NCBI GenBank assembly: GCA_030749235.1
Contig: JASMKM010000013.1
Location: forward strand, 111,470 to 175,469
Source: Planctomycetota bacterium
GTDB lineage: Bacteria; Planctomycetota; UBA1135
Reading direction: 5' to 3'
Length of the DNA: 64,000 nucleotides
The notes below the pieces were generated by a model. It searched no databases. It was given only the letters and a program-made list of their open reading frames with translations, and was not told the origin of the DNA. The translations under genes were made by a program, and so were the position numbers. Shown piece after piece: positions 55,365 through 64,000 of this stretch. How positions within the stretch are numbered: position 1 is the stretch's first letter; every line of letters starts with the position of its first letter.

Positions 55365-56756
55365 GTGTCTAGGCAGGAACAACAAACGCTGACTTATCAG
55401 GCCACTCGGAGTATCCGAGTGGCCCTTGTCCATTTGGGTTGCGCGCGCAACTTGATTGACTCGGAGAATATCCTTGGCCATCTTGGCGCCGAAGGCTTTG
55501 CACTGACTGGCGAAGTGGAGCAGGCAGATGTCGCGATCCTCAACACTTGCAGCTTTATCGGGCCTGCGCGCGAGGAATCCGAAAGCGTAATTCTCGACCT
55601 GTTGGCTGCCAAGAACAATGGCGGTTTGCGTGGTGTGATCGTGGCTGGTTGCTTGCCGGAGAAGTTTCGTCCCGAAATCGAGGCGAAGTATCCGCAAGTC
55701 GATGCCTTCCTGGGCTTGAGTGATTACTCGAACGTGGCACGGATCGTTGAAGAAGTCCTGAAGGGGCGCAAGGTCCGAGAGGATTCCGGTGGTCGGGCAC
55801 CGCAGGGGCAGGGAGAGTTCTTGCGCCTTCTGCAGACTCCACGCAGCTATGCCTACGTGCGCCCGAGCCATGGTTGCGACCATGAATGCGGTTTCTGCAT
55901 CATTCCGCAGATCCGCGGCAAGCAAGTCAGCAAGCCGGTCGAGGCTGTCGTCGAAGAAGTCGAGGCTCTGGTCAAGCAAGGCGTGCGTGAAGTGGTGATG
56001 GTAGCCGAGGACAGCACCGGTTACGGTCGAGATTTCGATAAGGGAGGGCCTAAGTTGCCGGACCTAGTTGGCGCGATGGCATCGGTAGAAGGATTGAAAT
56101 GGTTGCGGGTGATGTACGCCTATCCGAACAAATTCCCGTGGCAGTTGACCGAGGTCATGAACAAGCATGACAACATCCTTCCTTACCTGGATATCCCTAC
56201 GCAGCATGTCGCCACCAAGGTGTTGAAGCGCATGCGTCGTGGCGGAAGTGCCGATAGCGTGCGTCGCATCATGCAACGCCTGCGTGATGAAGTACCGAAT
56301 ATCGTCCTGCGCACCACCGTCCTGGTTGGCCACCCCGGCGAAGGGCGCGAGGAATTCGAGGAACTTTTGAAGTGGCTCGAGGAATTCCGCTTCGAGCGCC
56401 TGGGCGCCTTCGCCTTCTCGCCCGAGGCCACCGCGCCTTCTGGCGCTGACGATGACCGCTGTTCTCACGAGGAGGCCCTGGAGCGTCAAGGTCGTGTCAT
56501 GGAGCTGCAGGCACGCATTCACTGCGAGTTCCAACAGACCCTGGTGGGACGCCGTTTGCAGGTTCTGGTTGACGATTCCGACGGCGATTGGGCCATCGCG
56601 CGCAGCTGGGCTGACGCTCCAGAGGTCGACGGCATGGTGCGAATCCATGACCCCGCCCACAACTTAAGCACTGGCGCCATGCCAGAGGTACTCGTGACGG
56701 CTGCGGCAGGTTACGATTTGGAAGCTGAAGTTTTGCGGAGCCCCCGCACCTCCTGA
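55365..56756 (+). CDS. rimO: Ribosomal protein S12 methylthiotransferase (radical SAM, MiaB family)
   Basis: It has an N-terminal UPF0004 cysteine pattern (LGCARN, NTCSF) and a radical-SAM CDHECGFC. A C-terminal TRAM domain follows. The start codon is GTG. Confidence 0.88.
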   Translation: MSRQEQQTLTYQATRSIRVALVHLGCARNLIDSENILGHLGAEGFALTGEVEQADVAILNTCSFIGPAREESESVILDLLAAKNNGGLRGVIVAGCLPEKFRPEIEAKYPQVDAFLGLSDYSNVARIVEEVLKGRKVREDSGGRAPQGQGEFLRLLQTPRSYAYVRPSHGCDHECGFCIIPQIRGKQVSKPVEAVVEEVEALVKQGVREVVMVAEDSTGYGRDFDKGGPKLPDLVGAMASVEGLKWLRVMYAYPNKFPWQLTEVMNKHDNILPYLDIPTQHVATKVLKRMRRGGSADSVRRIMQRLRDEVPNIVLRTTVLVGHPGEGREEFEELLKWLEEFRFERLGAFAFSPEATAPSGADDDRCSHEEALERQGRVMELQARIHCEFQQTLVGRRLQVLVDDSDGDWAIARSWADAPEVDGMVRIHDPAHNLSTGAMPEVLVTAAAGYDLEAEVLRSPRTS

Positions 56757-56758
56757 AA

Positions 56759-57403
56759 ATGCTCGCTCGCCAAGTCCCAAACCTCGTCACTGGAGCCCGC
56801 TTAGTCTTGGCCGTCGGCGCATTCGTGTTCATGGCGCGCGTATTGGAATCGGAGCCGGGTTCCGCGGAGCTTGAACGTGAAGGCTTCTGGGCATTCTGGT
56901 TTTTCTTCATTGCCTCGGTCACCGACTTCATCGACGGTTACTTGGCGCGAAAATACAACTGGGTCACCGCACTTGGCCGTGTGGCCGATCCGGTGGTGGA
57001 CAAGGTTCTGACCCTCGGTGCGATGATTTATCTCGCGGTCGACGACAGTCTTTATGCATTCGACGGCGACCTGTATTCGGTCATGCCAGTTTGGGCGGTC
57101 GTGTTGATGATTGCTCGCGAGTTCCTCGTGACGGCCTTGCGCGGTTTAGTCGAGAGTCACGGTCTGCAGTTCGGCGCCGACTGGTTTGGCAAGATCAAGC
57201 TGATTTTGCAGACCTACTACATCTCGGTCGCGCTCGGTGTACTGGGTGGAATCCCGGATTTCCTGTTCATGCCTTGGCTCGACTTCACCCGCCATCCGGT
57301 GTTGTTCGCGGTCACCTTCTGGGCAATGGTCATCCTGACGATCTTCTCCGGCATGAACTATTGTGTTAGGGGTATACGTTTGATGGCTAGCCATAAGGAA
57401 TGA
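56759..57403 (+). CDS. pgsA: CDP-diacylglycerol-glycerol-3-phosphate 3-phosphatidyltransferase
   Basis: It carries the CDP-alcohol phosphatidyltransferase motif DFIDGYLARKYNWVTALGRVADPVVDK and has multiple TM helices. Confidence 0.88.
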   Translation: MLARQVPNLVTGARLVLAVGAFVFMARVLESEPGSAELEREGFWAFWFFFIASVTDFIDGYLARKYNWVTALGRVADPVVDKVLTLGAMIYLAVDDSLYAFDGDLYSVMPVWAVVLMIAREFLVTALRGLVESHGLQFGADWFGKIKLILQTYYISVALGVLGGIPDFLFMPWLDFTRHPVLFAVTFWAMVILTIFSGMNYCVRGIRLMASHKE

Positions 57404-58308
57404 GCGTTCCTTTCGATGACCTGCAAGTAGCCCTCGACAGGCTTGACCGCCTGCCGAAGCAGGAACGCGCTGCGGCAGTCCAGGTCATCCATGGCTGGCT
57501 TGCCACTCAGGTCGAAGCCGAAGCGATCGCCGAAGACGAACTGCCTAGCGAGTTTGGCATGATTGGCGCCACTCCGGCAATGAAGCAGGTCTTCCAGTTG
57601 CTCGGCCGCATCATGCGCACCGATATCCCGGTCTTGGTCTTGGGGGAGAGCGGCACCGGCAAGGAACTGATTGCATCGGCCTTGCATGAATATGGTCCAC
57701 GCCGACGCAAATCCCTAGTCGCGGTAAACTGCGCGGCCATCCCGGCCAACCTGTTGGAGTCCGAGATCTTCGGTCACGTCAAGGGCTCCTTCACCGGCGC
57801 TCATAAAGATCGTAAGGGTTTCGCCGACGCCGCCGACGGTGGCACCTTGTTCTTGGATGAAATCGGTGAGATCGAATTCGACCTCCAGGCCAAACTACTG
57901 CGATTCCTACAGGATGGTGAGATTCGCCCGGTGGGCGCAAACACCACGCATAAGGTCGACGTACGCATCGTCGCCGCCACCAACCGCAACCTGCTGGAGC
58001 GCGTGCAACAAGGCCAGTTCCGCGAAGACCTCTATTACCGCCTGGCTGTAATGACCTTGGAGCTGCCGGCCTTGCGAGAGCGTTCGGACGACGTGCGCCA
58101 CTTAGTCCGCTTCATGCTGGTCAGGCAGGGCGAAGATGGTATGCCAACGGCGACCATCAGTGACGAGGCCATGGAGGTCTTGTGCGCCTACGCTTGGCCC
58201 GGCAACATCCGTCAGCTGCAGAATGAGTTAGTGCGTGCTGCGACCTTCGCCAGCGATGGCGTGATTCAGGTCGATGACCTCAGCGACGACGTGCGCGGCG
58301 CATCCTAG
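57400..58308 (+). CDS. Sigma-54 interaction (AAA+) domain protein lacking a receiver/sensor domain and a C-terminal HTH domain
   Basis: It has Walker A GESGTGKE, a GSFTGA variant of the GAFTGA loop (GHVKGSFTGA), Walker B LFLDEIGE and RVIAATN-like RIVAATN. The sequence runs YRL..LELPALRERSDD, then WPGNIRQLQN. Only ~50 aa precede the AAA+ core and ~25 aa follow it. Its start forms an ATGA overlap with the pgsA stop. Confidence 0.85.
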   Translation: MSVPFDDLQVALDRLDRLPKQERAAAVQVIHGWLATQVEAEAIAEDELPSEFGMIGATPAMKQVFQLLGRIMRTDIPVLVLGESGTGKELIASALHEYGPRRRKSLVAVNCAAIPANLLESEIFGHVKGSFTGAHKDRKGFADAADGGTLFLDEIGEIEFDLQAKLLRFLQDGEIRPVGANTTHKVDVRIVAATNRNLLERVQQGQFREDLYYRLAVMTLELPALRERSDDVRHLVRFMLVRQGEDGMPTATISDEAMEVLCAYAWPGNIRQLQNELVRAATFASDGVIQVDDLSDDVRGAS

Positions 58309-58338
58309 CGTTCGTTCCGCCTTCGCAAAGCACAGGCT

Positions 58339-59310
58339 CTAGCGTGACTTTCGCCAACGCCGTGCCATACGCAATCCTTCTAGGCGCCCCCGCCAAGCCG
58401 GGCCGATTGCACTCGGTCCGAAAAGGTTGCGGTTCTTCCAGAACAGGCCGAGCAGGCCGCCGCCCAAGCCCCAAGCAACTCCAGGGTTCGGGAAGTTCCC
58501 GACCAAGAAGGCGTAGGCCACATGGCACCAACGTCCGAGCGGGCCGTAGCCCTTTAGAAGAACATAGGTCTCGTTGGCGGCATTGTTGTAGATGGCTTCG
58601 GGATTGAAGCGTTCCGTGTTCAGCACCCGCGGCGCTTCATGATGATCGGCCTCGACCTCGGGGTCGAAAAGCAGACGATAGCCTTGCCTTGCCACACCTA
58701 GGCAGGCATCCATCTCAAATCGGAAGCAGTCGCCACGCAGGTTGCTGTCGAAACCACCATGCTTGCGCAACGGTTCCAGGCGCAGGCTCATGTTGGCACC
58801 GCGATAGTGGTCGACCCTTAAGGTGCGGTCGGTATGGCGCGTGCTCTGGTCGAACACCATGCCAGGAAATACCACCCTATTCCGGAAACGCGCGCGACGT
58901 TGTCGAGGCTCTCCATCTATTACATCAATCGCCGGACCGGCGACCCCACCGACACGCTCATCCTTCTCGTAATGACGTGCGAGGTTCTCCAGCCAGAATG
59001 GACGCGCGATGGCGTCATCGTCGAGTAGGCAACCCACGTCGCCCGTGGCGGCGGCAAGGATGGTGTTCTCGGCTACAACGATGCCGGGTTCGGTTAGCAT
59101 GACCTTCACCACGTTTATCTTCGGGTTGTGTTCGATAAAGGCGTCGACCGTCTCAACGCCTTCGGGATCCAGGTCGCCGCGCAATGACACCAGCACTTCA
59201 TCAGGCTGGCGTGATTGCCTAGCCAAGGCCTCGAGGTTTCTGCGCAGCAGGTCAGGACGCTTCAGCGTCGGCACAAAGATTGAGAAGCGCAAACGTGGCT
59301 TGTCGTTCAT
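58339..59310 (-). CDS. Family 2 glycosyltransferase
   Basis: It has an N-terminal FSIFVPTLKRPDLLRRNLEAL..Q and a DDD-type acidic motif (LLDDDA). Confidence 0.85.
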   Translation of the reverse strand: MNDKPRLRFSIFVPTLKRPDLLRRNLEALARQSRQPDEVLVSLRGDLDPEGVETVDAFIEHNPKINVVKVMLTEPGIVVAENTILAAATGDVGCLLDDDAIARPFWLENLARHYEKDERVGGVAGPAIDVIDGEPRQRRARFRNRVVFPGMVFDQSTRHTDRTLRVDHYRGANMSLRLEPLRKHGGFDSNLRGDCFRFEMDACLGVARQGYRLLFDPEVEADHHEAPRVLNTERFNPEAIYNNAANETYVLLKGYGPLGRWCHVAYAFLVGNFPNPGVAWGLGGGLLGLFWKNRNLFGPSAIGPAWRGRLEGLRMARRWRKSR

Positions 59311-60458
59311 GAGTCAACCACCTCGAGGGCGGATTGATAGGCAGCGACGTGGCCGCGCGCCGAATTCGCCCACGTGAAGCCTGAGGCATGGGCAAAGCCA
59401 CGCTCGATCAGACTGTCGCGCTCAGCGCCAGGAGTGACCGCACGCATCAATGCACTGGCGATATCCTCGTGGTCGTTCGGGTGGACCAATAGGCCCGCGT
59501 CCGCAGTAACTTCGGTCAGTGAGCATGCGTCGGCGGCAACCACCGGTGCACCACATGCCATTGCCTCAATCACCGGGATACCGAATCCCTCGAGGAAGGA
59601 AACCAGCGCAAATGCAGCGCAACAGCCATATAGGCGCGGAATGTCCTCCTCGTCAACGAAGCCGGTTTGCAACACGCCGGCATCATGGCCACGGTCGACG
59701 ATGCGTTGCCACATCTCTTCGTAGAGCCAACCCTTGGCGCCGGCCAACACCAGTTGGCCATCGAAGCCGCGCTTGCGCATCAGTTGATAGGCAGCGCACA
59801 AGCCTTCAATGTTCTTGTTTGGCTGTTGAGTGCCGAGGTAAAGTACAAAGTTCTCTTCGATGCCGTAACGATCCTTCAGGCGCGCAAGATCCTTCTCGCG
59901 ATCGGTGGTCGGCACCAAGGCTTCGAAGATGCCGTAGCGGGTGACGTGGATGCGATCGGGATCGACCCCAAGCATGTTGACTATGTCGCTCTTGGAGAAT
60001 TCCGAACCAGTGATGATGCTGTGCGCCCGGCGCGCCGATTGCGGTACGGTGGCGGCGCGTTCCCTGACCCAATCCTCGGGCAGACCCTCCGGCGCGCGTA
60101 GGAAAGCTAGATCCTGGATTGTGACAACGCGGGCAGAGTTGCGCGTAGGCGGGATCAGGTCGAAGCCACCGTGGAACAAGTCGTGCTTGCCAGCGGTCCA
60201 TTCGGCGGGAATACCGAGCTTACGGAGGATCTGCGGCGGGATTCGCGAAACCTTATGCCGCGGGATGCAGGCGAGTTCGCAGGTCTCGCGCATCTTGTCC
60301 AGGTGGTGGCCGCGGAAGAAATTGAAATAGAGAGTTATTTCCCAATCATCCGGCGCGACTTTTGGAATACCCCAAAGCGTTTCCATGCCATAGCGGTAGG
60401 CACCACCCTTGTGGTAGCCGGAGAGCGCCATGGCAGTCGCGTCGAAAAGGATCTTCAT
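59307..60458 (-). CDS. Family 4 (GT-B) glycosyltransferase
   Basis: I moved the start to ATG 60458 (MKILFDAT), an ATGA overlap with the upstream stop. The C-terminal domain is EGFGIPVIEAMACGAPVV. Confidence 0.88.
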   Translation of the reverse strand: MKILFDATAMALSGYHKGGAYRYGMETLWGIPKVAPDDWEITLYFNFFRGHHLDKMRETCELACIPRHKVSRIPPQILRKLGIPAEWTAGKHDLFHGGFDLIPPTRNSARVVTIQDLAFLRAPEGLPEDWVRERAATVPQSARRAHSIITGSEFSKSDIVNMLGVDPDRIHVTRYGIFEALVPTTDREKDLARLKDRYGIEENFVLYLGTQQPNKNIEGLCAAYQLMRKRGFDGQLVLAGAKGWLYEEMWQRIVDRGHDAGVLQTGFVDEEDIPRLYGCCAAFALVSFLEGFGIPVIEAMACGAPVVAADACSLTEVTADAGLLVHPNDHEDIASALMRAVTPGAERDSLIERGFAHASGFTWANSARGHVAAYQSALEVVDS

Positions 60459-61609
60459 CGGTTCAGGGTTGCTGCGGTGCGGTATGCGACAATCGTCTGC
60501 TGCGCGCATTGCTCCCAGGAGAAATCGGCAGCGCGTTCCAGGCCACGGCTGCGCAGATTTTCGCAAAGCGCGTCGTCGCCGTCGATGACCCGAAGCAGTT
60601 CGGCTAAGGCATCGACATCATCTGGACTGAAGAACTTGGCGGCATCGCCGCCCACTTCGGGTAGTGCACCGCGGTCGGAGCTCAAGACCACGGTGCCAGC
60701 GGCCATGGCTTCGATCAGCGGCATGCCGAAACCTTCATAACGCGACGGCGTAACCATCGCCTTGGCGCCACCGAGCAGTGGCGGCAGGTCAGCTTGATCG
60801 ACGAAATCGAGGAAGTGCAGGCGATTGCGCAGGATCGGGAGGCTTTCAGCGACCTCGCGAACTTCCTGAGCTTGCCAACCGGCGCGACCAGCTACCGCCA
60901 AGTCGGCCTCCAAGCCAGCTTGCAGGGCCTTGCCAAAGGAACGCAGCAACATCGGCAGGTTCTTTTTGGGCTCCACCGAGCCAAGGAATAGGAAGTAAGG
61001 GCGCTCTGCAAGCCCGTATTGGCCGCGGACTCGAGCCACTGCGGCGGAATCCTGACCAGCATTGCGGAAGTTTTCGTCGATGCCGTGATAGACCACGCAG
61101 GTGCGGCCATGGGGCACGCCGTAATGCTTCACGAGATCGGCGCGCGTGTGTTCCGACACGCAGATCCAGTAGTTGGCGCGCTTGGCCAAATCGCTGGTGC
61201 CCTCTTGCAACCTAGCGACCCAGCGCGGATTGAGGAACTGAGGATGATGCAGATACATCAGGTCATGGGCGGTGACGACCAGTCGCCCACGCGTTGGCAG
61301 CGAAAATACAGGCTCTGGCGCATGTATTATGTCGTGTTTGCCTGTAAACCACTCTAGGCGGGCGCCGAGTTTGGCGGTCTTGTCCAGCCAATCCGGCGAT
61401 GACCACCAATGCTTGGCCAAAGCCCCCTGCTGGCGGAATTTGTTCACCAGGGCGGCATTTTTCGGGTTCAGGAAAGCCGTGAACAGCGAAAAACGCATAT
61501 CGCCGGGGCACTGACGCAGCATCTCCGGCACGAGTTTGTGCCAATAGGAGTCAATTCCGCCGAAATCGGTGGTGCGTGCCAGGCGGTGGCCTTCCAGGAG
61601 AATCTTCAT
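60455..61609 (-). CDS. Family 4 (GT-B) glycosyltransferase
   Basis: I moved the start to ATG 61609 (MKILLEGH), an ATGA overlap with the upstream stop. It has EGFGMPLIEAMAAGTVVL. Confidence 0.88.
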   Translation of the reverse strand: MKILLEGHRLARTTDFGGIDSYWHKLVPEMLRQCPGDMRFSLFTAFLNPKNAALVNKFRQQGALAKHWWSSPDWLDKTAKLGARLEWFTGKHDIIHAPEPVFSLPTRGRLVVTAHDLMYLHHPQFLNPRWVARLQEGTSDLAKRANYWICVSEHTRADLVKHYGVPHGRTCVVYHGIDENFRNAGQDSAAVARVRGQYGLAERPYFLFLGSVEPKKNLPMLLRSFGKALQAGLEADLAVAGRAGWQAQEVREVAESLPILRNRLHFLDFVDQADLPPLLGGAKAMVTPSRYEGFGMPLIEAMAAGTVVLSSDRGALPEVGGDAAKFFSPDDVDALAELLRVIDGDDALCENLRSRGLERAADFSWEQCAQQTIVAYRTAATLNR

Positions 61610-62754
61610 CGCGCGAGTTCTTGGTAGCAGGCGTCCACACAATCCCAATGGCGTTGGGGCGCGAACTCCGTGCGGACCCAGTCTCGCATGGCGGCACCAC
61701 GATTTGCGAGTGCAGGTAGGTCATGGGCGATGCTTTCAAGCTGCAGGCGCAGGTGGTCGGCGTCTTCAGAACGGAAGGTCCAGCCACGCTCTGGGGACAC
61801 CAATTCCGGTACGCCGCCTGCATGCGAGGCCACCGATGGTCGGCCACGGGTGCCGGCTTCCAGCACCGTTAGCGGTGAGTTCTCAGGCACGCGGGAGGGC
61901 AGCACTTGCAGATTCGACTCGGCATAGGCTCTCGCCATCTGTTCGCCATCGCAGAAGCCAAGAAAGCGAACGCGGTCTTCGAGGCCAGCATCGGCAACAC
62001 TCTTCTTAAGGTGGTTCTCCAGATCGCCAGTGCCTGCAATCTGCAGGGTGGCTTGTTGTAGTTGCGGGTCGGAACTGCTGGAAAGGGCCTCAATCAGCAA
62101 ATCGACGCCCTTGGAGCGGAATAAGGTACCGGCGAAGAATAGCCGCAGGCGGTCATCCGGGAGTGGCCCTGCGTCGACAGGTTGAATCGGTAGGCGCTGC
62201 ACGCGAGTCTTCTCAAGCGGGAAGCCGACGCCATCGCGCAAGGCCTCTGTGGGGCAAAGGAACAGCTTGGTGTTATCGAATACATGTTTCCGAGCGGCCT
62301 TCAGCGAACGTCGATCCAACCAATTGCGGAGGCCTCCAGTCAGGCCAGAGCGATCCAAACCGAACGGATTGGGGTCGATAAGGGTGAAATCATGGACCGT
62401 CATCAGAATTGGGAGGCCCATCTTATAGATAGTAGGGAAAATCGTAGAACGGAAAGCCGCGCAGTTCTGGATGTGGACCACATCAGGAGACTGTGCCATG
62501 AACCACCGCTTCATGTGTTCTGCCAGCGGTGCATGGAAATGATGAAAATCAAGGCGCCGGCGCAGCGCTGATTGGGATCGTCGGTAGGCGAAGAAGTCGG
62601 TAGCGACGGCGTCGGGAAAGCCCTCAGGGGCTTCATCCAGGCAGAAAAGCAGGTTCTGGTGGCCCCGAGCGGCCATTTGTGGCAAAAGCTGCTTGAGGTA
62701 TGCAGTGGCCCCACCATGGATGCGGGGGGCGTCGTGGAAGTGGAGGATACGCAC
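61606..62754 (-). CDS. Family 4 (GT-B) glycosyltransferase
   Basis: The start codon is GTG (MRILHFHD..GGATAY). It has ENSPLTVLEAGTRGRPSV (E..-type motif) and is the first gene of the four-gene block. Confidence 0.85.
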   Translation of the reverse strand: MRILHFHDAPRIHGGATAYLKQLLPQMAARGHQNLLFCLDEAPEGFPDAVATDFFAYRRSQSALRRRLDFHHFHAPLAEHMKRWFMAQSPDVVHIQNCAAFRSTIFPTIYKMGLPILMTVHDFTLIDPNPFGLDRSGLTGGLRNWLDRRSLKAARKHVFDNTKLFLCPTEALRDGVGFPLEKTRVQRLPIQPVDAGPLPDDRLRLFFAGTLFRSKGVDLLIEALSSSSDPQLQQATLQIAGTGDLENHLKKSVADAGLEDRVRFLGFCDGEQMARAYAESNLQVLPSRVPENSPLTVLEAGTRGRPSVASHAGGVPELVSPERGWTFRSEDADHLRLQLESIAHDLPALANRGAAMRDWVRTEFAPQRHWDCVDACYQELAR

Positions 62755-63089
62755 AGTAGGATTTGGCCTCAGGGGATTCTAACGCCCCAGTTTGGTCGCG
62801 TAAGTCTTTTCTATAAAGGTATTTGCGAAGACATATCGGTAGAAAGGCGAAATCGGACTAGGAAATCCAGACCCTAAGCCCCTTTCTTGCAAAGACTTAC
62901 GACCACATGGCTGCATTCGTTCGAAAAAGGGGTCAAATGGAATGGGTACCTTCCGATGTTACCCCCATGGGCGTTCAGTCCTGGGAGGGAAGAATTCCAG
63001 AAAAGGACTTGCTCCATCTCGCCGCATCGGCAAAATGTTTCGCCAACTTTCACATAAGGCTCCCAAGCTCGTGAAGGTTGACAAAACAA

Positions 63090-63149
63090 AAACAATCCAT
63101 CTCTCGCCGACTAAGGCCTGCTTGGCCCGTCAGCAGAAACAATCCATCT
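63090..63149 (+). promoter_or_regulatory. Two copies of a 13-nt direct repeat (aaacaatccatct) upstream of the porin-like gene, next to a TTGACA hexamer (63078-63083)
   Basis: Exact copies lie at 63090-63102 and 63137-63149, spaced 47 nt start to start, 32-91 nt upstream of the ATG at 63181. An AAGAGGAAG Shine-Dalgarno-like element lies just before the ATG. Confidence 0.3.
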
Positions 63150-63180
63150 GCCCAAAAGGGCCCAAAGAGGAAGTTTCGAA

Positions 63181-64000
63181 ATGAAGGTTCGCCTGTTCAA
63201 CCTCGTGGCAATCGCCACGATCACCCTGAGTGCTCAGGGTGTAGCTCAACAAAACGACAGCCTCGAGCGTGCTCTGGCTGACATTAACCCTGGTCTCGCT
63301 GCCCCTCAGGGCAATGCTGGCCTTAACATCTCTGGTGATTTCCGCGCCCGCAACCGCTGGGCGAAGGCAAACGATAACACCAACAACCGCGACGTAGACA
63401 CTCGCGTACGTTTGAACTTCTTGTTCAACGTAAACGAGGCTGCTACTGCTGGCATTAGCTTCAACGGCCGCGAGTCGTGGGGCGATGGAGGCCTTGGCCT
63501 TACCGATGGCGCGTTTGACGATCCACGCGACACCAAAACCATGGAGCGCGCTTGGGTTGCCGTAAACAGCCTTATGGGCGAAGGTGGAACGGCCAAGATT
63601 GGTCGTGACTACTACACCGTAGGTGCAGGTCGTATTCTTGGTACCGACGAGTGGGATAACCGTCCCGCGACTCAGTCGGGTATCTGGTACGACTACGCAA
63701 TGGACTCTGTTTCGATGCACTTTGCAATGCTGAATGGCGTTGAGAAGGGCTGGGACGGAAGTGACAATGGCGACGACGCTGTTTACGTTGCATCTTTCGA
63801 CTGGACCATGGATGCCATCGAGCAGCTAGGCCCAGTACACATGACTCCTTACTGGATGCGCAACGAAGATACTGGTGCTGAGCACCAGACCTGGCTCGGT
63901 GTGCACCTTGGCGGTACCGCCTTGGGCGTCGACTACGACATTGAGTACTCTGACTACGAGCAAGGTGATCAAACGGGCAACGCTTGGTACGCCGGTGGTG
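63181..64000 (+). CDS. Putative outer-membrane beta-barrel (porin-like) protein; 5' 273 codons only, runs off the window end
   Basis: My own translation begins MKVRLFNLVAIATITLSAQGVAQQ (signal peptide). Alternating beta-strand-like segments follow (ISGDFRARNRW, DTRVRLNFLFNV, ERAWVAVNSL, AKIGRDYYTVG, GIWYDYAM, VYVASFDW), and the frame stays open to position 64000. Codon choice (cgt, ggt, gct, gta) differs from its neighbours in the way highly expressed genes often do. It is not in the ORF track because it leaves the window. Confidence 0.75.
   Translation, partial: MKVRLFNLVAIATITLSAQGVAQQNDSLERALADINPGLAAPQGNAGLNISGDFRARNRWAKANDNTNNRDVDTRVRLNFLFNVNEAATAGISFNGRESWGDGGLGLTDGAFDDPRDTKTMERAWVAVNSLMGEGGTAKIGRDYYTVGAGRILGTDEWDNRPATQSGIWYDYAMDSVSMHFAMLNGVEKGWDGSDNGDDAVYVASFDWTMDAIEQLGPVHMTPYWMRNEDTGAEHQTWLGVHLGGTALGVDYDIEYSDYEQGDQTGNAWYAGG

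Noticed and set aside
62907-63074. A 55-codon ORF (MAAFVRKRGQMEWVPSDV...) in the long intergenic region upstream of the porin-like gene.
   Set aside because: Third-position GC is only about 53% by hand count. There is no recognisable motif and no ribosome-binding site, so it is more likely non-coding leader.

Overview
This is a high-GC bacterial chromosomal segment, about 60% GC judged by eye. All domain and family calls come from motif recognition by eye, with no database or structure search run. Gene content looks like the PVC superphylum, most likely Planctomycetota: a PSCyt/DUF1549/DUF1553 protein, three sulfatase genes, a MoxR-DUF58-BatABCD operon, membrane-anchored prenyltransferase-like toroid proteins and FG-GAP/beta-propeller secreted proteins. 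I count about 55 protein genes, one tRNA-Phe(GAA), four clear rho-independent terminators, and no rRNA, CRISPR array, transposase or integrase.

Most genes are housekeeping:
- a bioB, bioF-bioD fusion and bioA operon, plus deaD, def-ribF, rpsT, mfd, rnc, fabI and thiD
- dgt, a DAHP synthase, tpiA-secG-pyrE-yicC-gmk-coaC, coaB and ftsK
- rimO-pgsA, and a block of four glycosyltransferases

Same-strand neighbours are very often joined by ATGA/GTGA overlaps. Many long Arg/Pro-rich ORFs in the supplied track are antisense shadows and are not reported.

The parts most worth a second look:
1. A 576-aa protein at 18785-20515 has a core resembling a Card1/DUF1887-type PD-(D/E)xK nuclease domain, flanked by RGG/poly-Arg and acidic low-complexity tails. 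It lies between a decaying gene and tRNA-Phe.
2. The decaying gene is a DUF255/YyaL thioredoxin-domain gene at 17647-18708. It has an in-frame stop, a deleted active-site segment and a lower-GC filler in which the coding signal switches frame.
3. A double-sulfatase gene abuts an octaheme cytochrome c/TPR gene with 0 bp between them, followed by a monoheme cytochrome c.
4. Two paralogues in tandem encode TonB-like anchored alpha/alpha-toroid proteins.
5. A sigma-54 AAA+ activator has neither a receiver nor a DNA-binding domain.
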